A stretch of 64,000 bases of DNA, taken from assembly GCA_964440815.1 (NCBI GenBank), contig CAYTYU010000001.1:5646-69645 (forward strand). The letters run 5' to 3'. Position numbers and translations under genes: made by a program. This DNA comes from an uncultured Chitinophaga sp. (GTDB lineage: Bacteria; Planctomycetota; Phycisphaerae; Phycisphaerales; SM1A02). Below the pieces are notes generated by a model that was not told the DNA's origin, ran no database searches, and saw nothing but the letters and a program-made list of their open reading frames with translations. How positions within the stretch are numbered: the first letter of the stretch is position 1; the number at the start of each line of letters is the position of its first letter. This document shows, piece by piece, positions 25,762 to 34,424 of the stretch.

Positions 25762-28344
25762 ATGGACGATCAGGGGCTTCGCGACCGGCTGGCGGCGATC
25801 GAGGCACGCCTATCGGGGATCGAGCGCCGGCTGAGCGGCGTGGCGTGGGAGAAGGAGCCGCCGGTGCCGCCGAGCGCACCGGTGTCGGTACCTGCGCCTG
25901 CGATGCCCGCGCCGGCCCCTGCACCTGCGCCGAACTCCGCACCCGCCCGCACGCCCGATGCCGCCATCGCGCACCGCGATGGCCTCGAGCGCTTCCTCGG
26001 CGTCAAGGTCGCGGCATGGGTCGGCGGCATCATCGTCATCGCCGCGATCGCGGTCTTCGCGCGCTTCGTGATCGAGCAGGGGTGGCTCGGCCGACTGGCG
26101 CCGTCCGTCAAGCTCGGGCTTGCCTACGCGCTCTCGGGCGCGTTCGTCGTCGCGGGAAGCGTGCTTCGCGAGCGGATCGGCCGCTTCCCGAGCGCGGCCC
26201 TGCAGGCGGCGGGCATCGGCGGCCTCTACGTCTCGACGTGCGCGGGCGTCACGCCGTTTGACGTGTTCGGGCCGGGCGCGGCGCTCCTGGCGGGCGTCGC
26301 GGTGGCCGTGGCCGGCGGGCTGGTGACCTACCGCTCGTCCGAACCCGTGGTCGGCGGCATCAGCCTGGTCGGCGCGTACCTGGTGCCGGCGTTCATGGGG
26401 TGGAACCGTCCCGAGGTGATGGAACTGCCCGGGCAGCTCGTGATGTCCGGCGCGGCGTTCACCGCGACCTACGCGATCGCACTGGTGCTGGCGCGCGTGG
26501 GTCCGCCGTCATTCGCCTGGTTCCGGCATGCGGGCGTTCTGCAGGCCCTGGCAGGCGTCCAGCTCTGCATGGCCGTCGGCTGGCAGCCGTCGGTGACCAT
26601 CGCATCGTTCGTGTTCCTGTGGTGGGCGATGGCGGTGGGGGAGTGCACCTACGCCGCCATGCAGGGGCGGCTGCGGACGATGAACCTGGCGTACTCCGTG
26701 GGCGCGACGCTGGTGGCCGCGCCGATCGCGGTGCACGGCATCCGAAACGCCTTCCCGTGGGCGGACGTACACGCGTGGATCCCGCTCGTGATGGCGGGTG
26801 CGTGCGCAGGCGCCGCGGTGCCGCTGCGCGCGCTGGTGCCGGCGGGTGGCGTCGACGTGCGCGATGCCGAGGAAGACCCGGCGTCGTCCGCGATGGTGTC
26901 GGCCGCGGCGCAGCAGGCGAAGGTGCTGGCGGTGCTGGGCGGGGCGCTGATCCTGGTGCAGGTCGGGATCCTGGTGCGCGGCGATGCGCTGCCGGCCGCC
27001 TGGGCGGTGCTCGGCGTGGTCACGGTGCACATGGGCCGGTCGTCGCGCACGCCGATCCTGGCGGGCCTCGGGTTCGCGTCGATGGTGCTCTCGGTGCTGG
27101 CGCTCGCGGCGTTCAAGCTGCTGCCGGGGCTCGGCGTCGCGGGAACGGTGGTGTGGCAGCACCCGGCGGCCGGGTCGGGCGAGCAGTCGATGTGGGGCGT
27201 CCGCATCTCGACCGGCCTCTGGTCGCCGGTGGCGGTGGCGTTCGCGCTGCTCTTCGCGGCGCGTGCGTGGTCGATGGGAAGCGACCCATCGGGCCGGCCG
27301 CGCGCCGGGTCGGTGTTCCTGGCGGGGTGCGCGGCGATCGCGTGGACGGTGCTGTCGTTCCTGGCATGCGACCGGTATGCGGCGCTTGCGGCATTGCTTG
27401 CGATTCCCGTGGCGGCGGTGCTTGCGGGGCGCACGCACGCGCTGGTCAAGCTCGTGTCGATGACGTGGGCACTGATCGCCGCGTGCGGGTGGTACGTCGT
27501 GACGCTCGTCGAGGCGACGGGGCTCGACGGTCCGCCGTCGCGCCCTGCGGGCGGCATGGTGCTGGCGGCGCTGGTGTGCGCGGTGCTGGCGCTGGTCTCG
27601 CGCCGCTACCGCGCCGAGCGGTTCGGGCAGGTGCCGGCGGCGGCGGGGCTCGGGTTCGGGCTGGCGGCAGTGGCGGTGCTGCTCGTCATCGAGACGCACC
27701 TGCGTGGCGACGGGGTTGCCGCCGAGCGCTCGGGGATCGAGTTCGCCGCGATGGCGGTGGGCGTGATCGCGACCCTCGGCACCATCTGGGCGCGCCGCGT
27801 GCGCATGGACATGGTGGAGTCGGTCGGGCAGGTCGGCGTCGGGCTTGCCACCTGCGCCGTGCTCTTCGTGGCAGTCGCCGAGGCGGCCGCGCCGGGCGCC
27901 GGACGGACGTGGTTGGAGCACTGGCTGCTCAACACGTCGACGCTCGCGGCGCTCGTGATTGCGGGGTGCGCGTGGGCGCTGCGCCCGCTGCTCCCGGGCC
28001 TCTTTGCGCTCGCGGCGATCGTCTTCACGTCCGCCATGGTGGTGAAGTTCTTCGAGCCCTCAGTGAGCCCGCCGTTTGCGTCGACCGTGGCGATCCAGCG
28101 CGTGGCCCTGAGCGCGTGGGCGGCGCTGGTGGCCGTGGGCCTGGTGGTGATTGGATTCCGCCGAGCGGACGTGCGCACGCGCTGGGTGGGCCTGGTGCTC
28201 CTGGGCACCGTCGCGGCGAAGGTGCTGGTGATCGACATGTCCGACGCGGAGCCCGTGTGGCGCGTGGTTGCCCTGATGGTGACCGGCATCCTGCTCGTGG
28301 TCACGAGCGTGGTGTATTCGCGGGCCGGGCGCGCGGGGGCGTGA
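25762..28344 (+). CDS. DUF2339 domain-containing polytopic membrane protein
   Basis: N-terminal coiled coil (LRDRLAAIEARLSGIERRL), a Pro/Ala linker, then more than 20 hydrophobic helices over 860 aa. Confidence 0.7.
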   Translation: MDDQGLRDRLAAIEARLSGIERRLSGVAWEKEPPVPPSAPVSVPAPAMPAPAPAPAPNSAPARTPDAAIAHRDGLERFLGVKVAAWVGGIIVIAAIAVFARFVIEQGWLGRLAPSVKLGLAYALSGAFVVAGSVLRERIGRFPSAALQAAGIGGLYVSTCAGVTPFDVFGPGAALLAGVAVAVAGGLVTYRSSEPVVGGISLVGAYLVPAFMGWNRPEVMELPGQLVMSGAAFTATYAIALVLARVGPPSFAWFRHAGVLQALAGVQLCMAVGWQPSVTIASFVFLWWAMAVGECTYAAMQGRLRTMNLAYSVGATLVAAPIAVHGIRNAFPWADVHAWIPLVMAGACAGAAVPLRALVPAGGVDVRDAEEDPASSAMVSAAAQQAKVLAVLGGALILVQVGILVRGDALPAAWAVLGVVTVHMGRSSRTPILAGLGFASMVLSVLALAAFKLLPGLGVAGTVVWQHPAAGSGEQSMWGVRISTGLWSPVAVAFALLFAARAWSMGSDPSGRPRAGSVFLAGCAAIAWTVLSFLACDRYAALAALLAIPVAAVLAGRTHALVKLVSMTWALIAACGWYVVTLVEATGLDGPPSRPAGGMVLAALVCAVLALVSRRYRAERFGQVPAAAGLGFGLAAVAVLLVIETHLRGDGVAAERSGIEFAAMAVGVIATLGTIWARRVRMDMVESVGQVGVGLATCAVLFVAVAEAAAPGAGRTWLEHWLLNTSTLAALVIAGCAWALRPLLPGLFALAAIVFTSAMVVKFFEPSVSPPFASTVAIQRVALSAWAALVAVGLVVIGFRRADVRTRWVGLVLLGTVAAKVLVIDMSDAEPVWRVVALMVTGILLVVTSVVYSRAGRAGA

Positions 28345-29119
28345 CCGGCGCGAACAGGTCGATCGGTCCGCACCCGCCGCCGAGGCCGGGGGCGCGCTCG
28401 ATGGCCGTTCGGACGAAGCGCTTCGCCTCGGCGACCGCGTCCACGAGGTGCTCGCCGTGCGCCAGGCGCGCCGTGATCGACGCCGACAGGATGCAGCCGG
28501 TGCCGTGGGTGTGCGTGCTGGCGATGCGCGGCGCGCGCATGCATGTGGCGCGGCCGTCCGACCACAGCAGGTCCATCGCGTCGCCGTCGAGGTGTCCGCC
28601 CTTCACCAGCACGTGGCGCGCGCCGAGCGAGGCGATGGCGCACGCCGCGCGTTCCATGCCGTCCGCGTCGCGCACCTCGATGCCGGCGAGGCGCGATGCC
28701 TCCGCGAGGTTCGGCGTCACCAGGTGCGCGCAGGGAAGCAGGAAGCGCACGAACGTGTCCACTGCGTCGTCGGCCATCAGCGGCGCGCCGTGCTTGCTCA
28801 CCATCACCGGGTCGACGACCAGCGGGAACGCGAACGACCGCGCCCGCGACGCCACCGCCTCGATCACCGCGGCGCTCCCGAGGGCCCCGGTCTTGGCGGC
28901 ATGCGGCGGGATGTCGGCGACCACCGCATCGAGCTGCCGCAGCACGAACGCCGGGTCGAGCACGTCGACCGCCGCCACGGACCGAGTGTTCTGCACGGTG
29001 AGCAGCGTGACCACGGCCTCGCCGTAGGCGCCGTGCGCGTGGAAGGCCTTGAGGTCGGCCTGCAGCCCGGCGCCGCCCGAGGGATCGGAGCCGGCGATCG
29101 TCAGCGCGACCGGGGTCAT
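28301..29119 (-). CDS. thiD: hydroxymethylpyrimidine/phosphomethylpyrimidine kinase
   Basis: LTIAGSDPSGGAGLQADLKAF, VVDPVMVSKHG, THTHGTGCILSASI. The ATG overlaps the stop of the upstream channel gene (ATGA at 29116..29119). Confidence 0.9.
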   Translation of the reverse strand: MTPVALTIAGSDPSGGAGLQADLKAFHAHGAYGEAVVTLLTVQNTRSVAAVDVLDPAFVLRQLDAVVADIPPHAAKTGALGSAAVIEAVASRARSFAFPLVVDPVMVSKHGAPLMADDAVDTFVRFLLPCAHLVTPNLAEASRLAGIEVRDADGMERAACAIASLGARHVLVKGGHLDGDAMDLLWSDGRATCMRAPRIASTHTHGTGCILSASITARLAHGEHLVDAVAEAKRFVRTAIERAPGLGGGCGPIDLFAPVTPPRARPANTPRS

Positions 29120-30423
29120 GGCGCGGCGGGTGGCGTGGGGGGCGACGTGGACGGGGCAGGCGCCGCCGCCGGCGTGCCGTGGCGGGTCAGTGCCACCTCG
29201 CGCAGCCGCTCGCCGATGTCGGGGAAGCGCTCGAGCAGGCGCGAGAAGGCGCCGCGGTCGAGGGCGTAGAGGTCACAGTAGGTGGCGGCCTGCACGGACG
29301 CGTTGCGCGGCTGGTTGGTGAACAGCGCGACCTCGCCGAAGAAGTTCCCGTCGGAGAGCCGGCCCACCTCGTCGTCGCCGCGCAGCACCTTGAGCGTTCC
29401 CTCGATGACGAAGTACATCCGGTCGCCGGGCTGGCCCTGGCGGAAGACATGCTCGCCGGGCACGTACACGTCCGGCCGCAGCGAGAGCGCCACTTCCTCC
29501 AGGAACGCCTCGGACAGCCCTCGGAAGAGCGGGATTCGCGAGAGCAGGTCGCGCTTCAGCTCCATCTCCACCTCGCGCCGCAGCCCGGGGGGCAGGGTGC
29601 CCAGGAACGACGCCTCGTCGAACCCGAGCCGGCGGCGCCAGACGTAGGCGTAGTAGTCGAGGATCCGCGCGCGCAGCTCGGGCGGCAGGTCGCGGTGCTT
29701 GATGAAGGTGTTCAGGCGGTCGATGTTCTCGAAGTACTGCGACTTCGCCGGGTCGCGCCGCGCCAGCATGCCGGCGACGTTGCCGATGACGTAGCCGTAG
29801 ACGGCGACGCCCGTCAGCATCACGCCGATCGCGAAGACCCGCTGCAGGTTGGTGACGGGCGTGGTCTCGCCGTAGCCGACCGTCGCCAGCGTCTCCACCA
29901 CCCAGTAGTAGGACGCGAGGTAGCGCGTGGCCGCGTCGCCCTCGTAGGTCGGGGTGATCGAGCTCCAGGCGCAGGCGAGCCAGTGCGCGGTGAGCAGCAG
30001 CCAGAAGGCGAAGATGCCCAGCTTCACCAGCTCGGCACGCTTGAAGAAGCGGATCCGCCACGAGCCGAACCACTGCGCCAGGCGGAAGACCTTCAGCATC
30101 CGAGGAAGGATGGCCAGGGGCTCCGGGATGATCAGGTCGAAGGGCACTGCGGCCGCGACGTCGACCGCGGTCCACCATGCGGTGCGCCCGCGGCTCGGTA
30201 CCTGCGCGTGCGGCCCCGACGGGCGGCGTGCGCTCGCGAGGTTGACCACGGCGTCGATCGCGAAGACCAGCGTGACCGCGACGTCGAGGCCCAGGCCCGT
30301 CCACACCCCCGACTCCGGGAACGCCAGCTGCAGCGGCACCAGCACCGACGCCGCGACCGTCGTCGCGGCCACCAGCGCCTGGAACGCGAGCATGGCGTGG
30401 TGCCTCGGGGATGCGTGCTCCAT
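29116..30423 (-). CDS. cyclic nucleotide-gated potassium channel (6TM, TVGYG filter, C-terminal cNMP-binding domain)
   Basis: Start MEHASPRHH within ORF 29116..30588. The S4-like segment is LKVFRLAQWFGSWRIRFFKR, the pore is ETLATVGYGETTP, and the cNMP domain is GNFFGEVALF...PRNASVQA. Confidence 0.85.
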   Translation of the reverse strand: MEHASPRHHAMLAFQALVAATTVAASVLVPLQLAFPESGVWTGLGLDVAVTLVFAIDAVVNLASARRPSGPHAQVPSRGRTAWWTAVDVAAAVPFDLIIPEPLAILPRMLKVFRLAQWFGSWRIRFFKRAELVKLGIFAFWLLLTAHWLACAWSSITPTYEGDAATRYLASYYWVVETLATVGYGETTPVTNLQRVFAIGVMLTGVAVYGYVIGNVAGMLARRDPAKSQYFENIDRLNTFIKHRDLPPELRARILDYYAYVWRRRLGFDEASFLGTLPPGLRREVEMELKRDLLSRIPLFRGLSEAFLEEVALSLRPDVYVPGEHVFRQGQPGDRMYFVIEGTLKVLRGDDEVGRLSDGNFFGEVALFTNQPRNASVQAATYCDLYALDRGAFSRLLERFPDIGERLREVALTRHGTPAAAPAPSTSPPTPPAAP

Positions 30424-30544
30424 GTGCGTACGGTAGTGAATCCGCGGCGTGCGGTGCCCCGGCGGGGGAGCGGCGCGCACACCCCGCCAAAGCGCGGCAC
30501 TTTCCGGCTTGGGGACGGGCGTGTTTCCGCGGATGCTTCGACGC

Positions 30545-31054
30545 ATGCCCATGAACACCCTCAAGGACCTCCTCGTCACGCAGCTCAACGAGCTCTACGC
30601 TGCCGAGCGCCGCGCCGCGAAGCTGATGCCCGAGCTTTCGCGTACGGCGTCCGACCAGCGGCTGGCGGCGCTCCTTCGCCGCGACGGCGATTCGGCGAAG
30701 GAGCGCGAGCGACGGCTGGACGACGTGTTCCGCGAGCTCGGCGTTCGACCGCACCCGACGCGCGCGGAGACCGAGGGCATGAAGGGCCTGGCGCGCGACT
30801 GCGTGGACCTCGCCAAGGCCACCAAGACGGACTCGGGCGTCCGGGACGCGGCCATCATCGCCGGCGTGCAGCACATCGCCCATGACCGGATCGCCGGCTA
30901 CGGGTGCGCGCGCAGCTGGGTGGAGCTGCTGGGGTTCCCGCAGTCGGTCGCCCGGCTGCAGCTGGCGCTGACCGAGGAGCGGAAGCTTGACGCGGACCTG
31001 TCGGCCCTGGCGGCGGGGATCAACAAGGCGGCTGCGGTGGCGGCCGGTGCTTGA
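30545..31054 (+). CDS. DUF892 (YciE/YciF-like) ferritin-like stress protein
   Basis: MPMNTLKDLLVTQLNELYAAERRAAKLMPEL...GMKGLARDC...AGVQHIAHDRIAGYG...LTEERKLDADL, which matches the DUF892 pattern. Confidence 0.7.
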   Translation: MPMNTLKDLLVTQLNELYAAERRAAKLMPELSRTASDQRLAALLRRDGDSAKERERRLDDVFRELGVRPHPTRAETEGMKGLARDCVDLAKATKTDSGVRDAAIIAGVQHIAHDRIAGYGCARSWVELLGFPQSVARLQLALTEERKLDADLSALAAGINKAAAVAAGA

Positions 31055-31764
31055 TCTGGCGCGATGAGCTCGTCGACCGGTTCCAGGCCATGCAGCGGGA
31101 GCTGGATGCGCTGCTTCAGAAGTCCCGGATGCAGGACGAGCGGATCCGCCAGCTCGAGGCCGAGACCAGCGGTCACGACCAGAACTTCTTCATCGCCAGC
31201 CCCGACGGCAACTTCCGGCTCAACCTGGAGGGACAGATCCAGGTTCGCTACGCCTATGGGGGCAGTTCCGCGACATGCAGGGCTGGGTGGGAAGCCCGTT
31301 CGGCGCCATGCTGGGCCTGGCGGTCAACGTGCAGCGGGCGAGCGGATCGCCGCCGCTCGAGCGCCAGGCGGTCGGCAACGGCACGATCATCCCGAATGCG
31401 AACCTGGCCGGAGGGCGCGCTCTCGCTGGGTGCCATCGTGCAGGGCGGCGTCTTCATCGTGCCCGAGCTCGAGTTCGTGGCCCGCTGGGAGGGCCTCTGG
31501 GTACAGAGCGGGTTCGATCCCGCCAACTACGCGCTCAACGCGCTGAATGCCCAGACGCTCAACATCGTCACCCTCGGGCTCAACTGGTACTTCAATAAGA
31601 ACGCGCTGAAGTTCTCGCTGGACGGCGGGTACGCGTTCAACCCGGTGCGTTTCCAGAACGGCCTCTTCGGCGAGAACATCGGGGGTGCGGACTGGCGGCC
31701 GTCGGGGACCGGCCAGGGCGCCGGCGAGGTGGTGGTGCGGGGACAGCTGCAGCTGCTCTTCTGA
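31051..31764 (+). pseudogene. decayed paralogue of the OprO/P-like porin (three internal deletions, middle segment out of frame, no signal peptide)
   Basis: The N-terminal part (QDERIRQLEAET..NFFIASPDGNFRLNLEGQIQVRYAY) and the last ~115 aa (LSLGAIVQGG...GQLQLLF) align with the 14661..16181 protein. The segment between (31257 to about 31410) matches WGQxRDMQGWVGSPF..ERQAVGNGTII only in another frame (track ORF 31275..31598). Confidence 0.7.
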
Positions 31765-31791
31765 CTGGGAAACGAAGAACGGAAACGAAGT

Positions 31792-31822
31792 AGGGGCGTC
31801 GGACCGTGGGTCCGCCGCCCCT
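31792..31822. terminator. 14-bp GC-rich hairpin (one mismatch, loop GTG) downstream of the porin pseudogene and DUF11 gene (convergent)
   Basis: aggggcgtcggacc gtg ggtccgccgcccct, read directly. It lies in the 116-nt gap between stops at 31764 and 31881. Confidence 0.4.
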
Positions 31823-31880
31823 TCCGCCCGGCCCGGACCGGGCGCCGAGGCGCCGCGGCCCGGGCCGTTGGCGTGGTCCG

Positions 31881-33401
31881 TCACTGCTGCTGGTAGAGCG
31901 TGGTCGACTCGGTCTCGGAGATCGCGCTGCGGAACTGGTCGCTCGAGAGCTCCCAGCGGCTGCGGGCGTCCGCGGCCGACTTGGCCTTGGCGACCACCTT
32001 CCACTCCACGCGCGCGCCGGGGGCGAGCGTGGCGATCGGCGCGATGGTGACCGTCTGGCCGCTGCCGCTCACGGCCGTGGCGCCGGTGCCCGAGACGAAC
32101 TGGAGCGAGGGCGGCAGCGTGGCCGCGACCTTCACGTTCGAGTCCTGCGAGGAACCCTGGTTGGTGACCACGACGCTGAAGGTGACGTCCTGCCCGACCT
32201 CGATCGGGTCGACCATGTCGATCACCTCGAGGAGGATGGCCGGCACGCCCGAGACCTCGGTGCTGCACTCGGTGTTCACCGTCGACACGCACTGCGCCGC
32301 GGCGCTGGCGCGGACCTTGGCGGCGCCGATTCCCGAGGGACGGATGTTCATGCGCACGGTCTGCGCACGTCCGGCGGGCAGGGTGGAGAGGTCCCAGACC
32401 ACGTTCGAGCCATCGAGCTTGCCGTTGCCGTCGGCCGAGACGAAGCGCGCGCCGCTGGGGATGGCCGCCTTGAGCACCGTGTCCGCGGCATCGCACTGGC
32501 CGACGTTGCGGACGGTGAGCCGGTAGTCGAGGTCACGCCCGACGAAGACGCGGTTGTTGGCGTCGCAGCTGAAGGCGAGCGCGGGCTGGCGGACCACGGT
32601 CTCTGCCATGTCCGAGGTGGCGGTGGCGCCGGTCGCGCTGGACGCCGAGGCCGACGAGGCGTAGGTGCCGCTTCGTTCGGCCTTCGCCGCGACCGTGAAG
32701 CGCTTCTCCTTGCCGGACTCGAGGTCGCCGGCCTTCAGCTCGATGGCCGTGCGGCCGTCGGCGGTGCGCAGGCCCGCGGGCAGCGTGTCGCGCACCACCA
32801 CGTCCTGCGCGGTGCCGGTGCCCGAGTTGCGCACCACGTAGGTGAGCGAGATGTCGTCGCAGGCCGTGCAGGCGCCGGGGGACGCCTCCTTCTCCAGGCT
32901 CAGGGCCGGCGAGACCACCGACGTCGAGGCGCAGAGCATGTTGGCGTAGCTGGCGGTCAGGCAGCTGCTTGCGGTGCCGGCGCCCGTCGGCACGGCGCGC
33001 AGGCGGATGGTGCGCATCTCCCTGGCGGGAAGCTCCGGCAGGATCCACGACACATGCCCGTTCGGGCCCTCGACGGGTGCCGGGTTCGCGCTCACGTAGC
33101 GCATGTTCGACATGTTCTCGAGGTTGACCGAGACGTTCTGCAGGTCGCCCCGCGTCAGGTTCTCGACCTCGATGACGTACTCGGCCTCGCGGCCGACCTG
33201 CACCTCGCCGGGGCTGCACTGGCGCACCAGCACGGCGCTGGTTGAGCGGTCGCCGGTGGGGAAGGCGAGCTCGGCGGTGATGGTGCCGTCGCCGTTGGTC
33301 TTGCAGGCCTGCTTGGTCTCGCAGGCGGCCATCGCGAAGGCCGCGGCGCAGGCGGCGAGGGGTGCGGCGAGTGAACGGACGGTCCGGATCGATCGTGGCA
33401 T
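31881..33401 (-). CDS. DUF11 repeat-containing surface lipoprotein
   Basis: Start MPRSIRTVRSLAAPLAACAAAFAMAAC (lipobox; GGGAGG SD) within ORF 31881..33563. It has four repeats of the DUF11 pattern, for example ISLTYVVRNSGTGTAQDVVVRDTLPAGL and VTFSVVVTNQGSSQDSNVKVAATLPPSL. Confidence 0.7.
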   Translation of the reverse strand: MPRSIRTVRSLAAPLAACAAAFAMAACETKQACKTNGDGTITAELAFPTGDRSTSAVLVRQCSPGEVQVGREAEYVIEVENLTRGDLQNVSVNLENMSNMRYVSANPAPVEGPNGHVSWILPELPAREMRTIRLRAVPTGAGTASSCLTASYANMLCASTSVVSPALSLEKEASPGACTACDDISLTYVVRNSGTGTAQDVVVRDTLPAGLRTADGRTAIELKAGDLESGKEKRFTVAAKAERSGTYASSASASSATGATATSDMAETVVRQPALAFSCDANNRVFVGRDLDYRLTVRNVGQCDAADTVLKAAIPSGARFVSADGNGKLDGSNVVWDLSTLPAGRAQTVRMNIRPSGIGAAKVRASAAAQCVSTVNTECSTEVSGVPAILLEVIDMVDPIEVGQDVTFSVVVTNQGSSQDSNVKVAATLPPSLQFVSGTGATAVSGSGQTVTIAPIATLAPGARVEWKVVAKAKSAADARSRWELSSDQFRSAISETESTTLYQQQ

Positions 33402-33523
33402 CGGTTGCCTCCCTGAGTTGCGGCCCGGCGGAGGACCGGCGGCCGGAGAAGTCGGACGGCAACGCGCCGTCCGCGCCCACGTGCGGGACTGGTTCATGGC
33501 AGTGTCGTTGCGATGGGGTGCCT

Positions 33524-33552
33524 CCCGAAACGGGACGGGTCCCCGAAACGGG
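33524..33552. promoter_or_regulatory. two copies of the self-complementary 11-mer CCCGAAACGGG, 18 nt apart, in a divergent promoter region
   Basis: Read directly at 33524..33534 and 33542..33552, between the DUF11 start (33401, minus) and the thiS-thiF start (33618, plus). Confidence 0.3.
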
Positions 33553-33617
33553 CGATCGCGCACGGAAGGGAAGGCTTCCGCACGGTGCTAGGCTTGCGCG
33601 TCCGTCGCGAGGAACCG

Positions 33618-34418
33618 ATGCGGATCACTGTCAACGGCCGTCCCACCGAGATGCCCGCCGCGGCCGATGCGGCGGCGGTGCGCGCACGCGTGAAGCCGGG
33701 TGCGGACCTCGTGATCGTGAACGGCGCGGTGGTCGACGGCGGCCACGCCGTGCGCGACGGCGACGAGGTGACGCTCATCCGCCGCGGCGAGGTGCCAGGC
33801 GCGGACGAGCTCGAGGCGCTGATGGTGGCGCGCCACACCCCGGGCGTGCATCTGCGCCTCAAGCGGTCGTGCGTGGGGATCGCGGGGCTCGGGGGCCTGG
33901 GGTCCGCGGTTGCCGTGGCGCTGGCGCGCGTCGGCGTCGGCCGGCTGGTGCTCGCGGACTTCGACGTGGTGGAGCCCAGCAACCTCAACCGGCAGCAGTA
34001 CTTCGTGGACCAGCTGGGGATGCCCAAGACCGAGGCGCTTGCGGCCAACCTGCGGCGCATCAACCCCTACGCGGCGATCGAGGCGCACGCGGTGCGGCTC
34101 GGCCCGGGGAACGTCGCGGCCACCTTCGCGTCCGTCGACCTCCTGGTCGAGGCCTTCGACCGTGCCGACCAGAAGGAGATGCTGCTCGAGGCATTCGTGT
34201 CGGCGCGCCCGGGCGTGCCGTTCGTGGGCGCATCCGGGGTGGCGGGGCACGGCGACGCGGCGTCGATCGGCGTGCGCCGGCTCGGCGGCCGGGTGTACGT
34301 GGTGGGCGACCTGGCAAGCGCCGCCGAGCCCGGGCGCGGGCTCATGGCGCCGCGCGTGGGCGTCGCCGCCCACGTGCAGGCGAACCTTGCGGTGCGGATC
34401 CTGCTCGGCGAGGCGTGA
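33618..34418 (+). CDS. thiF: ThiS-like domain fused to ThiF-family (E1-like) adenylyltransferase
   Basis: The N-terminal ~65 aa have a beta-grasp pattern (MRITVNGRPTEM...GDEVTLIRRGE). Then comes the ThiF Rossmann motif VGIAGLGGLGSAVAVALARVGVGRLVLADFDVVEPSNLNRQ. Confidence 0.75.
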   Translation: MRITVNGRPTEMPAAADAAAVRARVKPGADLVIVNGAVVDGGHAVRDGDEVTLIRRGEVPGADELEALMVARHTPGVHLRLKRSCVGIAGLGGLGSAVAVALARVGVGRLVLADFDVVEPSNLNRQQYFVDQLGMPKTEALAANLRRINPYAAIEAHAVRLGPGNVAATFASVDLLVEAFDRADQKEMLLEAFVSARPGVPFVGASGVAGHGDAASIGVRRLGGRVYVVGDLASAAEPGRGLMAPRVGVAAHVQANLAVRILLGEA

Positions 34419-34424
34419 GCCCGC

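Noticed and set aside
31051-31764. Treating the 237-aa ORF as a functional short porin.
   Set aside because: It has no signal peptide. The TTG start is merely the first start codon, overlapping the previous stop. About 50 codons in the middle are homologous to the intact porin only in a different frame.
33500-33617. Possible TPP (THI-box) riboswitch upstream of thiS-thiF.
   Set aside because: Only GGGGTGCC at the 5' side and GGAAGGGAAG at the 3' side resemble the element. The conserved CUGAGA and ACCUGAUC-GG-UAAU-CC-GCG core is absent. It needs cmsearch for a formal test.
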